Source: Fidelibacterota bacterium (GTDB lineage Bacteria > Fidelibacterota > Marinisomatia > Marinisomatales > JAHJCW01). From it: a stretch of DNA of 29,612 nucleotides. Every line of letters starts with the position of its first letter. The first letter of the stretch is position 1. Location of the stretch: contig JAZGBQ010000130.1 in NCBI GenBank assembly GCA_036476435.1, forward strand, positions 1 to 29,612. Reading direction: 5' to 3'. The translations under genes were made by a program, and so were the position numbers. The notes under the pieces were generated by a model. The model did no database searches, had not been told where the DNA came from, and worked only from the letters and a program-made list of their open reading frames with translations. This document shows, piece after piece, positions 16,981 to 25,742 of this stretch.

Positions 16981-17118
16981 TAGTTACCTTAATAAGATAA
17001 GCGAGTCCTATTCAAAATTAACTATTCCAAGCCGTACTGAGCAATTTAATACCACCTCCGTACGCTACTTATGTAAAGTTTTTAATACAGATATTATAAA
17101 GTGATATGGAATTCACAA

Positions 17119-17712
17119 TTAAACCAGCTGATGGAAAATATTGTTGACCTGCTGCTCAAGATCTTTTTCTGGTTCGTTATTTTTTATCACGAAATCCGCC
17201 AGTCCTGTTTTCTCATCATCGGTCCATTGAAGGTCGATCCTTTTAATAATATCCTGTCGGTTCAGAGTGCCTTTTTTCAAAGCTCTTTCCAAACGGAATT
17301 TTAGCAGTGAGGTCACGACAATATTATAATCGAGGTGTTGATCCAGGCCCGATTCAAAAATCAGTGCACCGTCAACAACAAAGAGTGGATTTTTATTTTT
17401 TTCAGCAATTGAATCAAAGCGTTTATACAAAACGTCGAACAGATAAGGGTGTATAATTGCGTTTAACCGTAATTGGTGGTCCTCGTCCTGAAATGCTATA
17501 CGTCCCAGCTTTTGCTTGCTGATGTTACCGTCCGGTTCAAGGATGTCGCTGCCAAACTCTGCGATTAGCTCTTGTTGGACGATTACACTTTTAACGAGGA
17601 TAGTTTTTGCTTCGGCGTCGGCATCGAAAACATAGGCGCCGAGTTTTTTAAAATATTTGCTCGCAGCACTTTTTCCTGATCCGATTCCCCCGGTTAAACC
17701 AATTTTTAACAT
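17119..17712 (-). CDS. coaE: Dephospho-CoA kinase
   Basis: IGLTGGIGSGKS, FDAD, LNAIIHP, LIFESGL and ADFVIKN. Confidence 0.95.
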   Translation of the reverse strand: MLKIGLTGGIGSGKSAASKYFKKLGAYVFDADAEAKTILVKSVIVQQELIAEFGSDILEPDGNISKQKLGRIAFQDEDHQLRLNAIIHPYLFDVLYKRFDSIAEKNKNPLFVVDGALIFESGLDQHLDYNIVVTSLLKFRLERALKKGTLNRQDIIKRIDLQWTDDEKTGLADFVIKNNEPEKDLEQQVNNIFHQLV

Positions 17713-17742
17713 GACTGATTACTTACTTAATTACTTAGTTAA

Positions 17743-18309
17743 TTATTCATTTAGAACGTCAATGATCCTTTGTGTTATTATTTCTATTGATCCTAATCCA
17801 TTCACTTTGAGCAGCTGTTTTCTGGATCGATAAAAATCTAGCAGCGGTGCTGTCTGTTGCCAGTAAACGCGCTGTCGATTCTTTATTACGTCGGGGGTAT
17901 CATCGCTCCTCCGGCTGGAAGACTGTCCACGCAGTATAAGCCGTTGAATAAGGGCATCCTCATCGGCAAATAAGTTAATGGCTCCGCGAAGCTCCTGATC
18001 TTGATTTATCAGGATCTGTTCAAGTCCTTCAGCTTGCCTGATGGTGCGTGGAAATCCATCCAAAATATAGCCCTTTGTACAATCTTTCTGAACCAGTCGA
18101 TTTTCCATCATGTTAAGCAATAGATCATCCGGCACAAGCTTACCAACGTCCATAAATTGTTTCGCTTTAATCCCAAGTTCGGTTCTTTTGCTTATTTCGT
18201 TACGAAGAATCGCGCCCGATGAAAGATGAATAATTGAAAAATAATTGCCTAGAAGCTCGGCCTGGGTGCCTTTTCCGACACCCGGAGGTCCCATGAGTAT
18301 TAAGCGCAT
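17743..18309 (-). CDS. adk: Adenylate kinase (short-LID type)
   Basis: GPPGVGKGTQA, HLSSGAILR, GKLVPDD, YILDGFPRT and RRSDDT..IKNRQRVY. Confidence 0.95.
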   Translation of the reverse strand: MRLILMGPPGVGKGTQAELLGNYFSIIHLSSGAILRNEISKRTELGIKAKQFMDVGKLVPDDLLLNMMENRLVQKDCTKGYILDGFPRTIRQAEGLEQILINQDQELRGAINLFADEDALIQRLILRGQSSSRRSDDTPDVIKNRQRVYWQQTAPLLDFYRSRKQLLKVNGLGSIEIITQRIIDVLNE

Positions 18310-18328
18310 GTTCGAATTCCTGCTAGCT

Positions 18329-19546
18329 TTAAATTAACATTCCGGCAATCGTTGCGGTTAGCCAGGACGCAAGTGCTCCTCCAACCATAGCCCGCATGGC
18401 CAATTTGGCAAGGTCCTTCCGGCGATTCGGGGCGATTCCCCCCAGTCCGCCGATCTGTATTCCGATGGAGGCGAAATTAGCAAAGCCACATAAGGCATAA
18501 CTTGCAATGATAGAAGTTCGTTCAGAAATGGCGTTCTCCATTCTGAGTGTACTTAAATCGGAATAGGCAATTAATTCTGTAAGTACGATCTTTTCGCCCA
18601 TCAACGTTCCCAGGATCCCCGCTTCAGACCAGGGTGCACCCATGGTCCAGGCCAGGGGTCTGAAGATAAATCCCAGGATATCCTGGAGGGTCAACCCTGC
18701 CAAACCCAGCAAGGAATTCAACATTGCGATAATAGCTACAAATGCTATCAGCATGGCGCCCACATTTGCTGCCAGTTTTAATCCTTGCGTCGCGCCGTCG
18801 GATAATGCTTCCATTACATTATCACTGGTTTTTTCCACATTTACTTTAAGAGTGCCCGCTGTTTCCGATACTTCCGTCTCCGGATAGATTAGTTTCGCTA
18901 CTACCATTGCAGCTGGTGCACTCATGATGGAGGCCGCCATCAAATGCCCGGCAATTCCCGGGATGTCCGTGAGCATTTTCACATAAATTGCCATAACGCC
19001 CCCGGCCACAGTTGCAAATCCCCCTGTCATCACAGCCATGATTTCCGATTTGGTCATGTTCTGGATGAAAGGGCGGATCATGAGGGGGGCTTCGGTTTGA
19101 CCCACAAAAATATTTGCAGAAACGCTAAGTGTTTCGGCACCACTGGTCTTAAGTGTTTTCTGCATCCCGCGAGCAATCCATTTAACGACCCATTGCATTA
19201 TCCCCAGGTAATACAAAATTGCCATGAGCGAAGAGAAAAAGATAATGGTAGGTAATGTGCGGAATGCAAAATTTATCAAAGGGCCTTCAACTTTACCCGT
19301 GAGATAGGATTTGAACAGAAAGTCACTCCCGGCATCCGAAAAACTGAGAAGTTTTCTGATAAAGAAATCAATATACTCGAAGAGAGGCTGTCCGATGGGA
19401 GATTTAAGGATGAACAGCGCGAACAGCAATTGGATCCCCAATCCCCAGAAGACGATCCTCCAATTGATGGCTTTGCGGTTATTAGAAATTGCGTAGGCGA
19501 TGAGAAGCAATGAAAAAATTCCCAGAATACCAATATATCTATCCAT
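18329..19546 (-). CDS. nupC: Concentrative nucleoside transporter (CNT/NupC family)
   Basis: LPTIIFFSSL, SANIFVGQTEAPL, GFATVAGGV, GEKIVLTE and YALCGFANFASIGIQIGG. Confidence 0.93.
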   Translation of the reverse strand: MDRYIGILGIFSLLLIAYAISNNRKAINWRIVFWGLGIQLLFALFILKSPIGQPLFEYIDFFIRKLLSFSDAGSDFLFKSYLTGKVEGPLINFAFRTLPTIIFFSSLMAILYYLGIMQWVVKWIARGMQKTLKTSGAETLSVSANIFVGQTEAPLMIRPFIQNMTKSEIMAVMTGGFATVAGGVMAIYVKMLTDIPGIAGHLMAASIMSAPAAMVVAKLIYPETEVSETAGTLKVNVEKTSDNVMEALSDGATQGLKLAANVGAMLIAFVAIIAMLNSLLGLAGLTLQDILGFIFRPLAWTMGAPWSEAGILGTLMGEKIVLTELIAYSDLSTLRMENAISERTSIIASYALCGFANFASIGIQIGGLGGIAPNRRKDLAKLAMRAMVGGALASWLTATIAGMLI

Positions 19547-19551
19547 TTAAT

Positions 19552-20112
19552 CTATCCTTGAGGTGGTTGATAGCAACTCCGGCAGCGCGCTTCATAAATA
19601 TCAGTTTCACCAATGATTACCTGTTCTTCTTCACTTGTAGTCCGCTGAGTATACGTAGCGGGATTGCCGCAAATTACACATATTGCGCGAAGCTTATCCA
19701 GGTAGTCTGCTTCACACATGATTTCCGGCATGGGGCCGAATGGCTTTCCGCGATAGTCAGTGTCCAGGCCTGCCACAATTACGCGTTTTTTGTGCAAACT
19801 TAACTGCTTGCAGACATCAACAAGGTCATCATCAAAAAACTGAGCCTCATCAATGGCAACAACATCGATTTTTCTCGATAGACCAATAATATCTTTTGAA
19901 GAACGCACTGTGACTGATCCCAGCTTGTTTTTATTATGCGAAACAACATGCTTGGAACTGTATCGATCGTCAACAACCGGTTTAATTATTATTATATTCT
20001 GACGGGCAATCTCGGCGCGCCTGACTCGTCGAATAAGTTCTTCGGTCTTTCCGCTGAACATACTCCCGCAAATGACTTCGATCCAGCCGGCATCTCGCGG
20101 TGTCCAGGTCAT
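19552..20112 (-). CDS. tdk: Thymidine kinase
   Basis: ICGSMFSGKTEEL, AIDEAQFF, VAGLDTDYRGKPF and the zinc Cys pairs CVIC / CRSC. Confidence 0.97.
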   Translation of the reverse strand: MTWTPRDAGWIEVICGSMFSGKTEELIRRVRRAEIARQNIIIIKPVVDDRYSSKHVVSHNKNKLGSVTVRSSKDIIGLSRKIDVVAIDEAQFFDDDLVDVCKQLSLHKKRVIVAGLDTDYRGKPFGPMPEIMCEADYLDKLRAICVICGNPATYTQRTTSEEEQVIIGETDIYEARCRSCYQPPQG

Positions 20113-20115
20113 AGA

Positions 20116-20745
20116 TTAATTTCTCCTCGATAATATGGAATTTATTTTAGTTCTTATCAAATCGATGGCAACACGGTTTTGTCCGCCTTCGGGAATAATG
20201 ATGTCAGCATAAAATTTTGACGGCTCTACGAATTGTTCGTGCATGGGACGAACAGTATGTAAATATTGATCTATCACGGATTGAGACGACCGTTTGCGTT
20301 CATTAAGGTCACGCGTGAGGCGGCGTATAAAACGTACGTCGGAAGGAGTTTCAACATAGATTTTAATATCCATTAACCTTCGCAGTTCAGGATAATGTAA
20401 GGTAAATATGCCCTCTAAAACAATTACAGAGTGGGGGACGATATCCTGATGGGGCGTAGCCCTGATATGTCGGACAAAATTGTAAACGGGAGCTTTTATT
20501 TCAGTACCGGAAATAAGGGTTTCCAGTTGTTCCGCAAGCAATACGATGTCAATGGCGTCCGGGTGGTCAAAGTTCTGTTTATGACGTTCCTCAAGAGGCA
20601 GATGTGATAGGTCCCTGTAATAAGAATCCTGCTGCAGCACAACGACCTCACCGTGCCCATATTCCTCCAGTAATTTATTTGCTATGGATGTCTTCCCGGA
20701 ACCGGTTCCTCCGGCGATTCCAATTAGTACGGACGATTTACTCAT
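20116..20745 (-). CDS. udk: Uridine kinase
   Basis: IGIAGGTGSGKT, QDSYY, NFDHPDA, RFIRRLTRD..ER, FVEPSK and ADIIIP. Confidence 0.97.
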   Translation of the reverse strand: MSKSSVLIGIAGGTGSGKTSIANKLLEEYGHGEVVVLQQDSYYRDLSHLPLEERHKQNFDHPDAIDIVLLAEQLETLISGTEIKAPVYNFVRHIRATPHQDIVPHSVIVLEGIFTLHYPELRRLMDIKIYVETPSDVRFIRRLTRDLNERKRSSQSVIDQYLHTVRPMHEQFVEPSKFYADIIIPEGGQNRVAIDLIRTKINSILSRRN

Positions 20746-21122
20746 GACAGATGATCGTGCTCGAATGCGTTCGGAAGTAAGTTCTTACTGGAGGTTTCAT
20801 TAAGATTTCCCTTGGAATCAGCAATGGTCACCGGAATGTCTTTGCATAGATCCCAGATAACCTGCCGGCAGGCACCGCAGGGCGGTCCGCCGTTCTCGGT
20901 TGCCACCGCCAGGGCTGTAAAAGTAGTGTGCCCTTCCGCAATAGCATGATACAGGGCAGCTCTCTCGGCACAGCAGGTAAGCCCATAACTGCTTGATTCG
21001 ACGTTGCATCCACCAATGATGGAGCCGTCAGCGGTCATTATTGCCGCCCCGACCCTGTAATGCGAATAAGGTGCGTGAGCCCGTGTCCTCATGGTGAATG
21101 CTGTTTCGATTAATTTATCCAT
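20742..21122 (-). CDS. cdd: Cytidine deaminase (homotetrameric type)
   Basis: AHAPYSHYRVGAA, GCNVES, CAERAA and PCGACRQ. Confidence 0.97.
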   Translation of the reverse strand: MDKLIETAFTMRTRAHAPYSHYRVGAAIMTADGSIIGGCNVESSSYGLTCCAERAALYHAIAEGHTTFTALAVATENGGPPCGACRQVIWDLCKDIPVTIADSKGNLNETSSKNLLPNAFEHDHLS

Positions 21123-21134
21123 GATATAATCCTT

Positions 21135-21878
21135 CTAATACTTCTGGATCCGAACGAAATGAAATAACCGTTCAATAATTATTCCGGTTACGAAGCCGCC
21201 GATGTGGGCGAACCAGGCCACACCGCCAGTAGTGTCAAGTCCCAGCGATCCGATTCCAGATGTCAATTGATTGAGAAACCAGATCCCAATAACTACAAAT
21301 GCCGGGACCTTAATGGTTGTAATAATGATAAATAGAAAAATAAAGACATGCACCCGAGCGCGGGGAAACCGTAGCATATAAGCACCCAGGACACCGGCAA
21401 TAGCCCCACTTGCTCCGATCATGGGGATCATAGAAGAAACGTCAATAAAAACTTGCGCGAAAGCCGCACCCAGGCCGCTCAGAAGATAAAATATGATAAA
21501 TCGTGTGTGTCCCAGGGTACTCTCTACGTTGTCACCAAAGATCCAGAGAAACCACATATTGCCAATGATATGCGCAAAGCCACCATGCAGAAACATGGAA
21601 GTGAATATGGTCAGCCAGGGACTGCCTGGTGTAACGTTTAATGAGACCGGCCGTCCTATCGCCTGGCTGATCCGATAGGAATAATTGTCAATGATCTGGG
21701 ACAAGGGTACATCGGAAAAAGTAGCGGGTATTAGGCCAAATTTCACTGTGAATTCCTGTTCTGCGATGAGATCGAGCCCGAATTGGTAAAAAAAGATTAG
21801 AACATTAAGTATGATAATGCTGTAAGTGACATAGGGAATTAGAATGCGGGGATTGTCGTCTTTATAGGGAAAAAGCAT
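21135..21878 (-). CDS. Rhomboid family intramembrane serine protease
   Basis: SMFLHGGFAHIIGNMWFLWIFG..VE, IGASGAIAGV (catalytic Ser) and VAWFAHIGGF (catalytic His). Confidence 0.95.
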   Translation of the reverse strand: MLFPYKDDNPRILIPYVTYSIIILNVLIFFYQFGLDLIAEQEFTVKFGLIPATFSDVPLSQIIDNYSYRISQAIGRPVSLNVTPGSPWLTIFTSMFLHGGFAHIIGNMWFLWIFGDNVESTLGHTRFIIFYLLSGLGAAFAQVFIDVSSMIPMIGASGAIAGVLGAYMLRFPRARVHVFIFLFIIITTIKVPAFVVIGIWFLNQLTSGIGSLGLDTTGGVAWFAHIGGFVTGIIIERLFHFVRIQKY

Positions 21879-23947
21879 TACTCAACTGAAAATTTAATCC
21901 TGACAGGGGCTGAGTTGCCAGCACGATCCTCAGCAACAATTTCCAATTCATAATCACCAGGTTCCAGCGGCTTTCGAAGATGATGCGTGAGTTCACGATC
22001 AACAGGCTGATATTCTGATATCAACCGGTGGCCGTTCAATGTCATGAAAAGTGTTCTTTCATCAGGTCTGATACCTGAAAGATCATCATGGATAAGTACT
22101 CTGATAAAGTGCAATTCATCCTGGGGGATGGTAGATCTATTGACCGGATAAACTGAAGTGATTACCGGCGCCTGGTTGTCTTTGAATAGACTAATTGCAG
22201 TGAATTCGGACATGTCGGCTGTTATCATACCCGTTGCAGGGTCAGTGCTGCTTTCCATAAAGGTCCAATCGTCCTGCTGTTCATCGTAGTAGTACAATGC
22301 CAGCTGGTTTGCCTCTGATGGAATCAATTTAGTCGGCCGGATCATTGCTTTGAACGAAGTCCTAACCGGGATACCACCGGGTTGTAACCGATAGACCGCC
22401 GATAGAGGAACAGGGGCATTATTGATATTCTTCTTTTTATTATCATATTTAAGGGCTGGATTTGGAATGGTTTTGATCCAAAACAATCCTGGTCTGAACA
22501 GACTTTTTTGAGTAATCGTGATGGCACAATCGCCATTTGCTGAGAATACGGTTACCGCCTCTTCCATGTCGAATGCTGTCAGCGGCGGTAATTCATTGAA
22601 CGTATGTATGGGTTTTTTCTCAACCATAAGGACGCATTCGTCCATTTCTGAAAATATTCCAGGATAAAGCAGCCGCGTGCTGTATACGGTATCTTTAGAT
22701 CGGAGCAGTTCTGTTGTTATATGGGTACTGCCGTGCCGGATCCGCAAGGCAGGCTTATTCCCAAGTTCCATGTTTGTTTTAACGATCAGATAGGCTCCGG
22801 ATTCAATATAATAAGGCCTGATTGAAACTTTTGTTTGTGATTGATCACTGGCTTTTTCCTCCTCCAAATCTCCTAATTCCGAATGCAAATAGTCGATCTT
22901 TTCAGGTCCGTTCCCCGGATTATGTATAATTAATGATCGTTCGGTCGTATTCCCTGCTTGATCCCAAACCTTCAGGCCTAGACGGTTATATCCTGGGGAT
23001 GGATTAATGATGCCCAGGGCTTTTGTCTGGTGAATTGGTAACCTGGGGTAATCTGTAAGCCGGTAGAGTTTGTGAAACTTAGAGGATGAGTGCAGGCCTG
23101 GTGGTTGACCATGCACTGTTTCCACATAGCGATCCTGAGAAAAATCGAGGCTGTCATAGGACACAGAGAATATAGCCTGCCCGTTCATGGTGAGCACTGC
23201 TTTATAAAATTGATACACATTACTGGCCCCCTGGACCATATCTTCAATCCAGGCTGAGATCATGAACGCTCCCGTGATTGATATGGTATCCGGCAAAACA
23301 GGAAATTGATTTTCCACCAAACCAGAAGAAGGGGGAACAAAAGTCTGCGGCAAGGGTGATCCCTGGATAAGCGTACGGGCGGTATAAGGCAGGACCGTAA
23401 TATTCCTTATTACCGGTGGGGTCGAATCTTTCAGCTGGTAGCCGTACACTAAAGGATTCAACGGTTGATCCATCAAATTTCTCAGTTCAAAATGCAAATG
23501 GGGACCAAAAGACCCGCCCGTATTGCCGGAATAGCCAATAATATCTCCTCTTTTCACGGGAATTGTACCAGGATCAAAATATTCATTGATGCGGTAGGAC
23601 TGTTGGTTCAATTGAATACTGTGCAGCAGACTGTCAAGTGTCGGGGAATATTTACTTAAATGTCCGTAAAGTGTTTTTCGACCCTCATTTGTTGTGAGGT
23701 AAAGTGCTTTACCATATCCTGAGTAGTTAGTTGACATCCGGGAGATAAACCCGGATTCAATAGCATAGACCGGATGTCCTTCAGTTTGATTGGTGCGAAT
23801 ATCAATGCCCATATGAAAATGTGCCGGCCGAAATTCTCCGAAGTTTGACGATAGGCTCGTACCTGTTGGAACCGGCCAGACAAAGTTCTGTCCAAAGCTG
23901 ACAGCAGCGGTCATCAGTGTAAGTATTATAAGATGTCTGGTGATCAT
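21878..23947 (-). CDS. Secreted M23 family metallopeptidase with a long C-terminal region ending in an Ig-like domain
   Basis: Signal peptide, FGEFRPAHFHMGIDI (HxxxD), YGHL and SGNTGGSFGPHLHFE (HxH); C-terminal NQAPVIT..DDLSGI..GDYELEIVAEDRAGN. Confidence 0.88.
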   Translation of the reverse strand: MITRHLIILTLMTAAVSFGQNFVWPVPTGTSLSSNFGEFRPAHFHMGIDIRTNQTEGHPVYAIESGFISRMSTNYSGYGKALYLTTNEGRKTLYGHLSKYSPTLDSLLHSIQLNQQSYRINEYFDPGTIPVKRGDIIGYSGNTGGSFGPHLHFELRNLMDQPLNPLVYGYQLKDSTPPVIRNITVLPYTARTLIQGSPLPQTFVPPSSGLVENQFPVLPDTISITGAFMISAWIEDMVQGASNVYQFYKAVLTMNGQAIFSVSYDSLDFSQDRYVETVHGQPPGLHSSSKFHKLYRLTDYPRLPIHQTKALGIINPSPGYNRLGLKVWDQAGNTTERSLIIHNPGNGPEKIDYLHSELGDLEEEKASDQSQTKVSIRPYYIESGAYLIVKTNMELGNKPALRIRHGSTHITTELLRSKDTVYSTRLLYPGIFSEMDECVLMVEKKPIHTFNELPPLTAFDMEEAVTVFSANGDCAITITQKSLFRPGLFWIKTIPNPALKYDNKKKNINNAPVPLSAVYRLQPGGIPVRTSFKAMIRPTKLIPSEANQLALYYYDEQQDDWTFMESSTDPATGMITADMSEFTAISLFKDNQAPVITSVYPVNRSTIPQDELHFIRVLIHDDLSGIRPDERTLFMTLNGHRLISEYQPVDRELTHHLRKPLEPGDYELEIVAEDRAGNSAPVRIKFSVE

Positions 23948-24004
23948 GGGAATAAGTTAAGAGACTGTCAATTTATTCACGGCAAAAGACAAGTCCCAAG
24001 AGAT

Positions 24005-24040
24005 AAAACAAAACCGGCCCCGTGCGGGACCAGTTTTGTT
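24005..24040 (-). terminator. Intrinsic terminator downstream of the PDZ gene
   Basis: Minus-strand RNA AACAAAACUGGUCCC-GCAC-GGGGCCGGUUUUGUUUU pairs over 15 bp (two G-U pairs) and ends in a U-rich tract. Confidence 0.7.
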
Positions 24041-24080
24041 GCATTCAATAGAAGCGCGAGCGCGATACTGTATCTTTGAA

Positions 24081-24923
24081 CTACTTACTGTGCCGTAATT
24101 CCTTAAGCTCCTTTTTCATCTCCCTAAGTTCGTCTTTCAAATCTTCCAGTTCTTCTTTCAGTTCTGAATCCTTCAAGAACATATAATGTTCCATATTCCT
24201 CTCACCTAAATCGTCCACATCAATATCTATATCAAAATCTTTGTCAAAATGTTTGAAAGGTACTCCATATTTGAACATTTTAGCCCTTGGCCCCCGGAAT
24301 TGATCGGGATGATTCCAGGCTAGAAAACGATCCTCGGTTTCGCCAAGAACCGACTTGATAGATTTCTTCCTGCCGTTGCGCAGTATAGAAAGGGTAACTT
24401 CTGTGCCCGGATCGTAGTTGCGGATAACGTGGGTAAGATCACCTGTGTCGGCAACATCCTCATCGTTGACTTTAAGTATGACATCACCGGCTTTCAATCC
24501 GGATTTATCAGCCGGGCTGTCTTCTTCGACCTCTGACACAAGAACCCCGGCGTCACCTTTTACTTTAAAATATTCACGCAGTTGTTCACCTAGATCCTGA
24601 ATCTGAACACCGAGAAATCCGCGCTTGTCCCGGAAGGCCATGTGTTTATCATCATGAATTCCTTTGATGTGAACGCTGGCACCCAGTTCAGCCAGGGTCT
24701 TTTCCATCTCTGCCAGTGCTTCTTTATCGGTGCAATCAACTTCAAATTCCTGAATATCGCCGTCTTTTTCGATCCTGAATTTCAGCAGATTATCTTCGAC
24801 CTCAACCTTTACTGAGGCCTCGGTTTTATCCCCCTCATCGGTAATGATCCTGGTTATAACTTTTTTCTGCTGAGCTTCTGAAAGAGTGACGAGCATTAAA
24901 ACGGATAACAATAGTCGCAACAT
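24081..24923 (-). CDS. Secreted stand-alone PDZ-domain protein with a C-terminal coiled coil
   Basis: Signal peptide, RGFLGVQIQDL..GVLVSEVEEDSPADKSGLKAGDVIL (HtrA-like PDZ) and ELKEELEDLKDELREMKKELKEL. No trypsin catalytic motif. AAGGAG SD. Confidence 0.85.
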   Translation of the reverse strand: MLRLLLSVLMLVTLSEAQQKKVITRIITDEGDKTEASVKVEVEDNLLKFRIEKDGDIQEFEVDCTDKEALAEMEKTLAELGASVHIKGIHDDKHMAFRDKRGFLGVQIQDLGEQLREYFKVKGDAGVLVSEVEEDSPADKSGLKAGDVILKVNDEDVADTGDLTHVIRNYDPGTEVTLSILRNGRKKSIKSVLGETEDRFLAWNHPDQFRGPRAKMFKYGVPFKHFDKDFDIDIDVDDLGERNMEHYMFLKDSELKEELEDLKDELREMKKELKELRHSK

Positions 24924-24954
24924 TTTGTCTTCTCCTTATTCAACTTCTGCTTGC

Positions 24955-24981
24955 TTTACGTGTGGGCAGATTTTTTGTTCC
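24955..24981 (-). promoter_or_regulatory. Candidate ECF-sigma promoter GGAAC-N16-CGTA
   Basis: Minus strand reads GGAAC aaaaaatctgcccaca CGTAAA, about 30 nt upstream of the PDZ gene ATG. Confidence 0.55.
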
Positions 24982-25020
24982 GATTCTGTGCGTATTATCC
25001 TTTAATTATGTTTTTCATTA

Positions 25021-25176
25021 TTAGCATAATGCAGTGTCACCGTGATATACAAATTCTATGAATTCTATTTGTCCGGAATCGGGTGCCGCCAGGAATTCGT
25101 TAATAGCTAGTATTCGTCTTTCAAATTGGGCAAAGAGCAGGCAGGGTGCCAATAATACTGCGAATGGAATGCGCAT
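25021..25176 (-). pseudogene. Truncated secreted-protein remnant resembling the start of a lamin-tail domain
   Basis: MRIPFAVLLAPCLLFAQ (signal-like) plus ILAINEFLAAPDSGQIEFIEF, which resembles the LTD pattern INE...E[WF]IE. Stops after 51 aa (TAA TGA). AGAGGT SD. Confidence 0.55.
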
Positions 25177-25225
25177 TACAGTCAACCTCTTATTATAATT
25201 AATTAATAAATAAACTAAAGGGAAT

Positions 25226-25648
25226 TTACACTGATGTTTCCAAGAATCCCTCAATTCGTCTTTTCAGATCGCTGCGGGTTTCACGGTAGCGGCTCAACAG
25301 CTGATCATCGTCTCCCCAGCCACTGAAGGGATCATCTACGCTCCAGTGAATCCGCTCCACTTCGCCCGGGAATACCGGGCACACTTGATTCGCATGATCA
25401 CAAACAGTGATTACAATGTCAATTCCCTTATCAAGGTATTGATCCACATGATCAGAGGTATGCCGAGAAATATTGATCCCAATCTCGCTCATGATCTTAA
25501 TAGAAAGCGGGTGCACACGACTGGGATGGCTTCCGGCACTGAATACTTCGAACCGATCGCCAGCCATGCGGCGCAGAAGTCCTTCAGCCATTTGCGAACG
25601 GCAAGAATTACCAGTGCACATGAACAATACCTTTTTCTTCTGTTTCAT
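25226..25648 (-). CDS. arsC: Arsenate reductase ArsC (thioredoxin-dependent / LMW-PTP fold)
   Basis: CTGNSCRSQMAEG P-loop, ITVCDHANQVCPVFPG (second and third Cys) and HWSVDDP. No arsR or acr3 nearby. Confidence 0.85.
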   Translation of the reverse strand: MKQKKKVLFMCTGNSCRSQMAEGLLRRMAGDRFEVFSAGSHPSRVHPLSIKIMSEIGINISRHTSDHVDQYLDKGIDIVITVCDHANQVCPVFPGEVERIHWSVDDPFSGWGDDDQLLSRYRETRSDLKRRIEGFLETSV

Positions 25649-25742
25649 AATGGAGAAATTTGCCAGCCGGATGCATCAAATGTCAATGCCGGCGCTAACC
25701 GGATTTGATTTTCTGTCAATCCAGCAATTCATAAATTAAGCT

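Noticed and set aside
17099-17118. AAGTGAT-N6-TTCACAA upstream of the OFOR operon as a Rex/CRP/FNR site
   Set aside because: One half-site matches Rex (TTCACAA), but the spacing and the other half fit neither the Rex nor the CRP/FNR consensus.
17714-17748. TACT/TAATTA short repeats between adk and coaE
   Set aside because: Low-complexity AT spacer, too short to be an array or a defined site.
25226-25648. Arsenic-resistance island
   Set aside because: arsC is alone, with no arsR, acr3/arsB or mobility genes; it may equally be a generic LMW-PTP-fold reductase.
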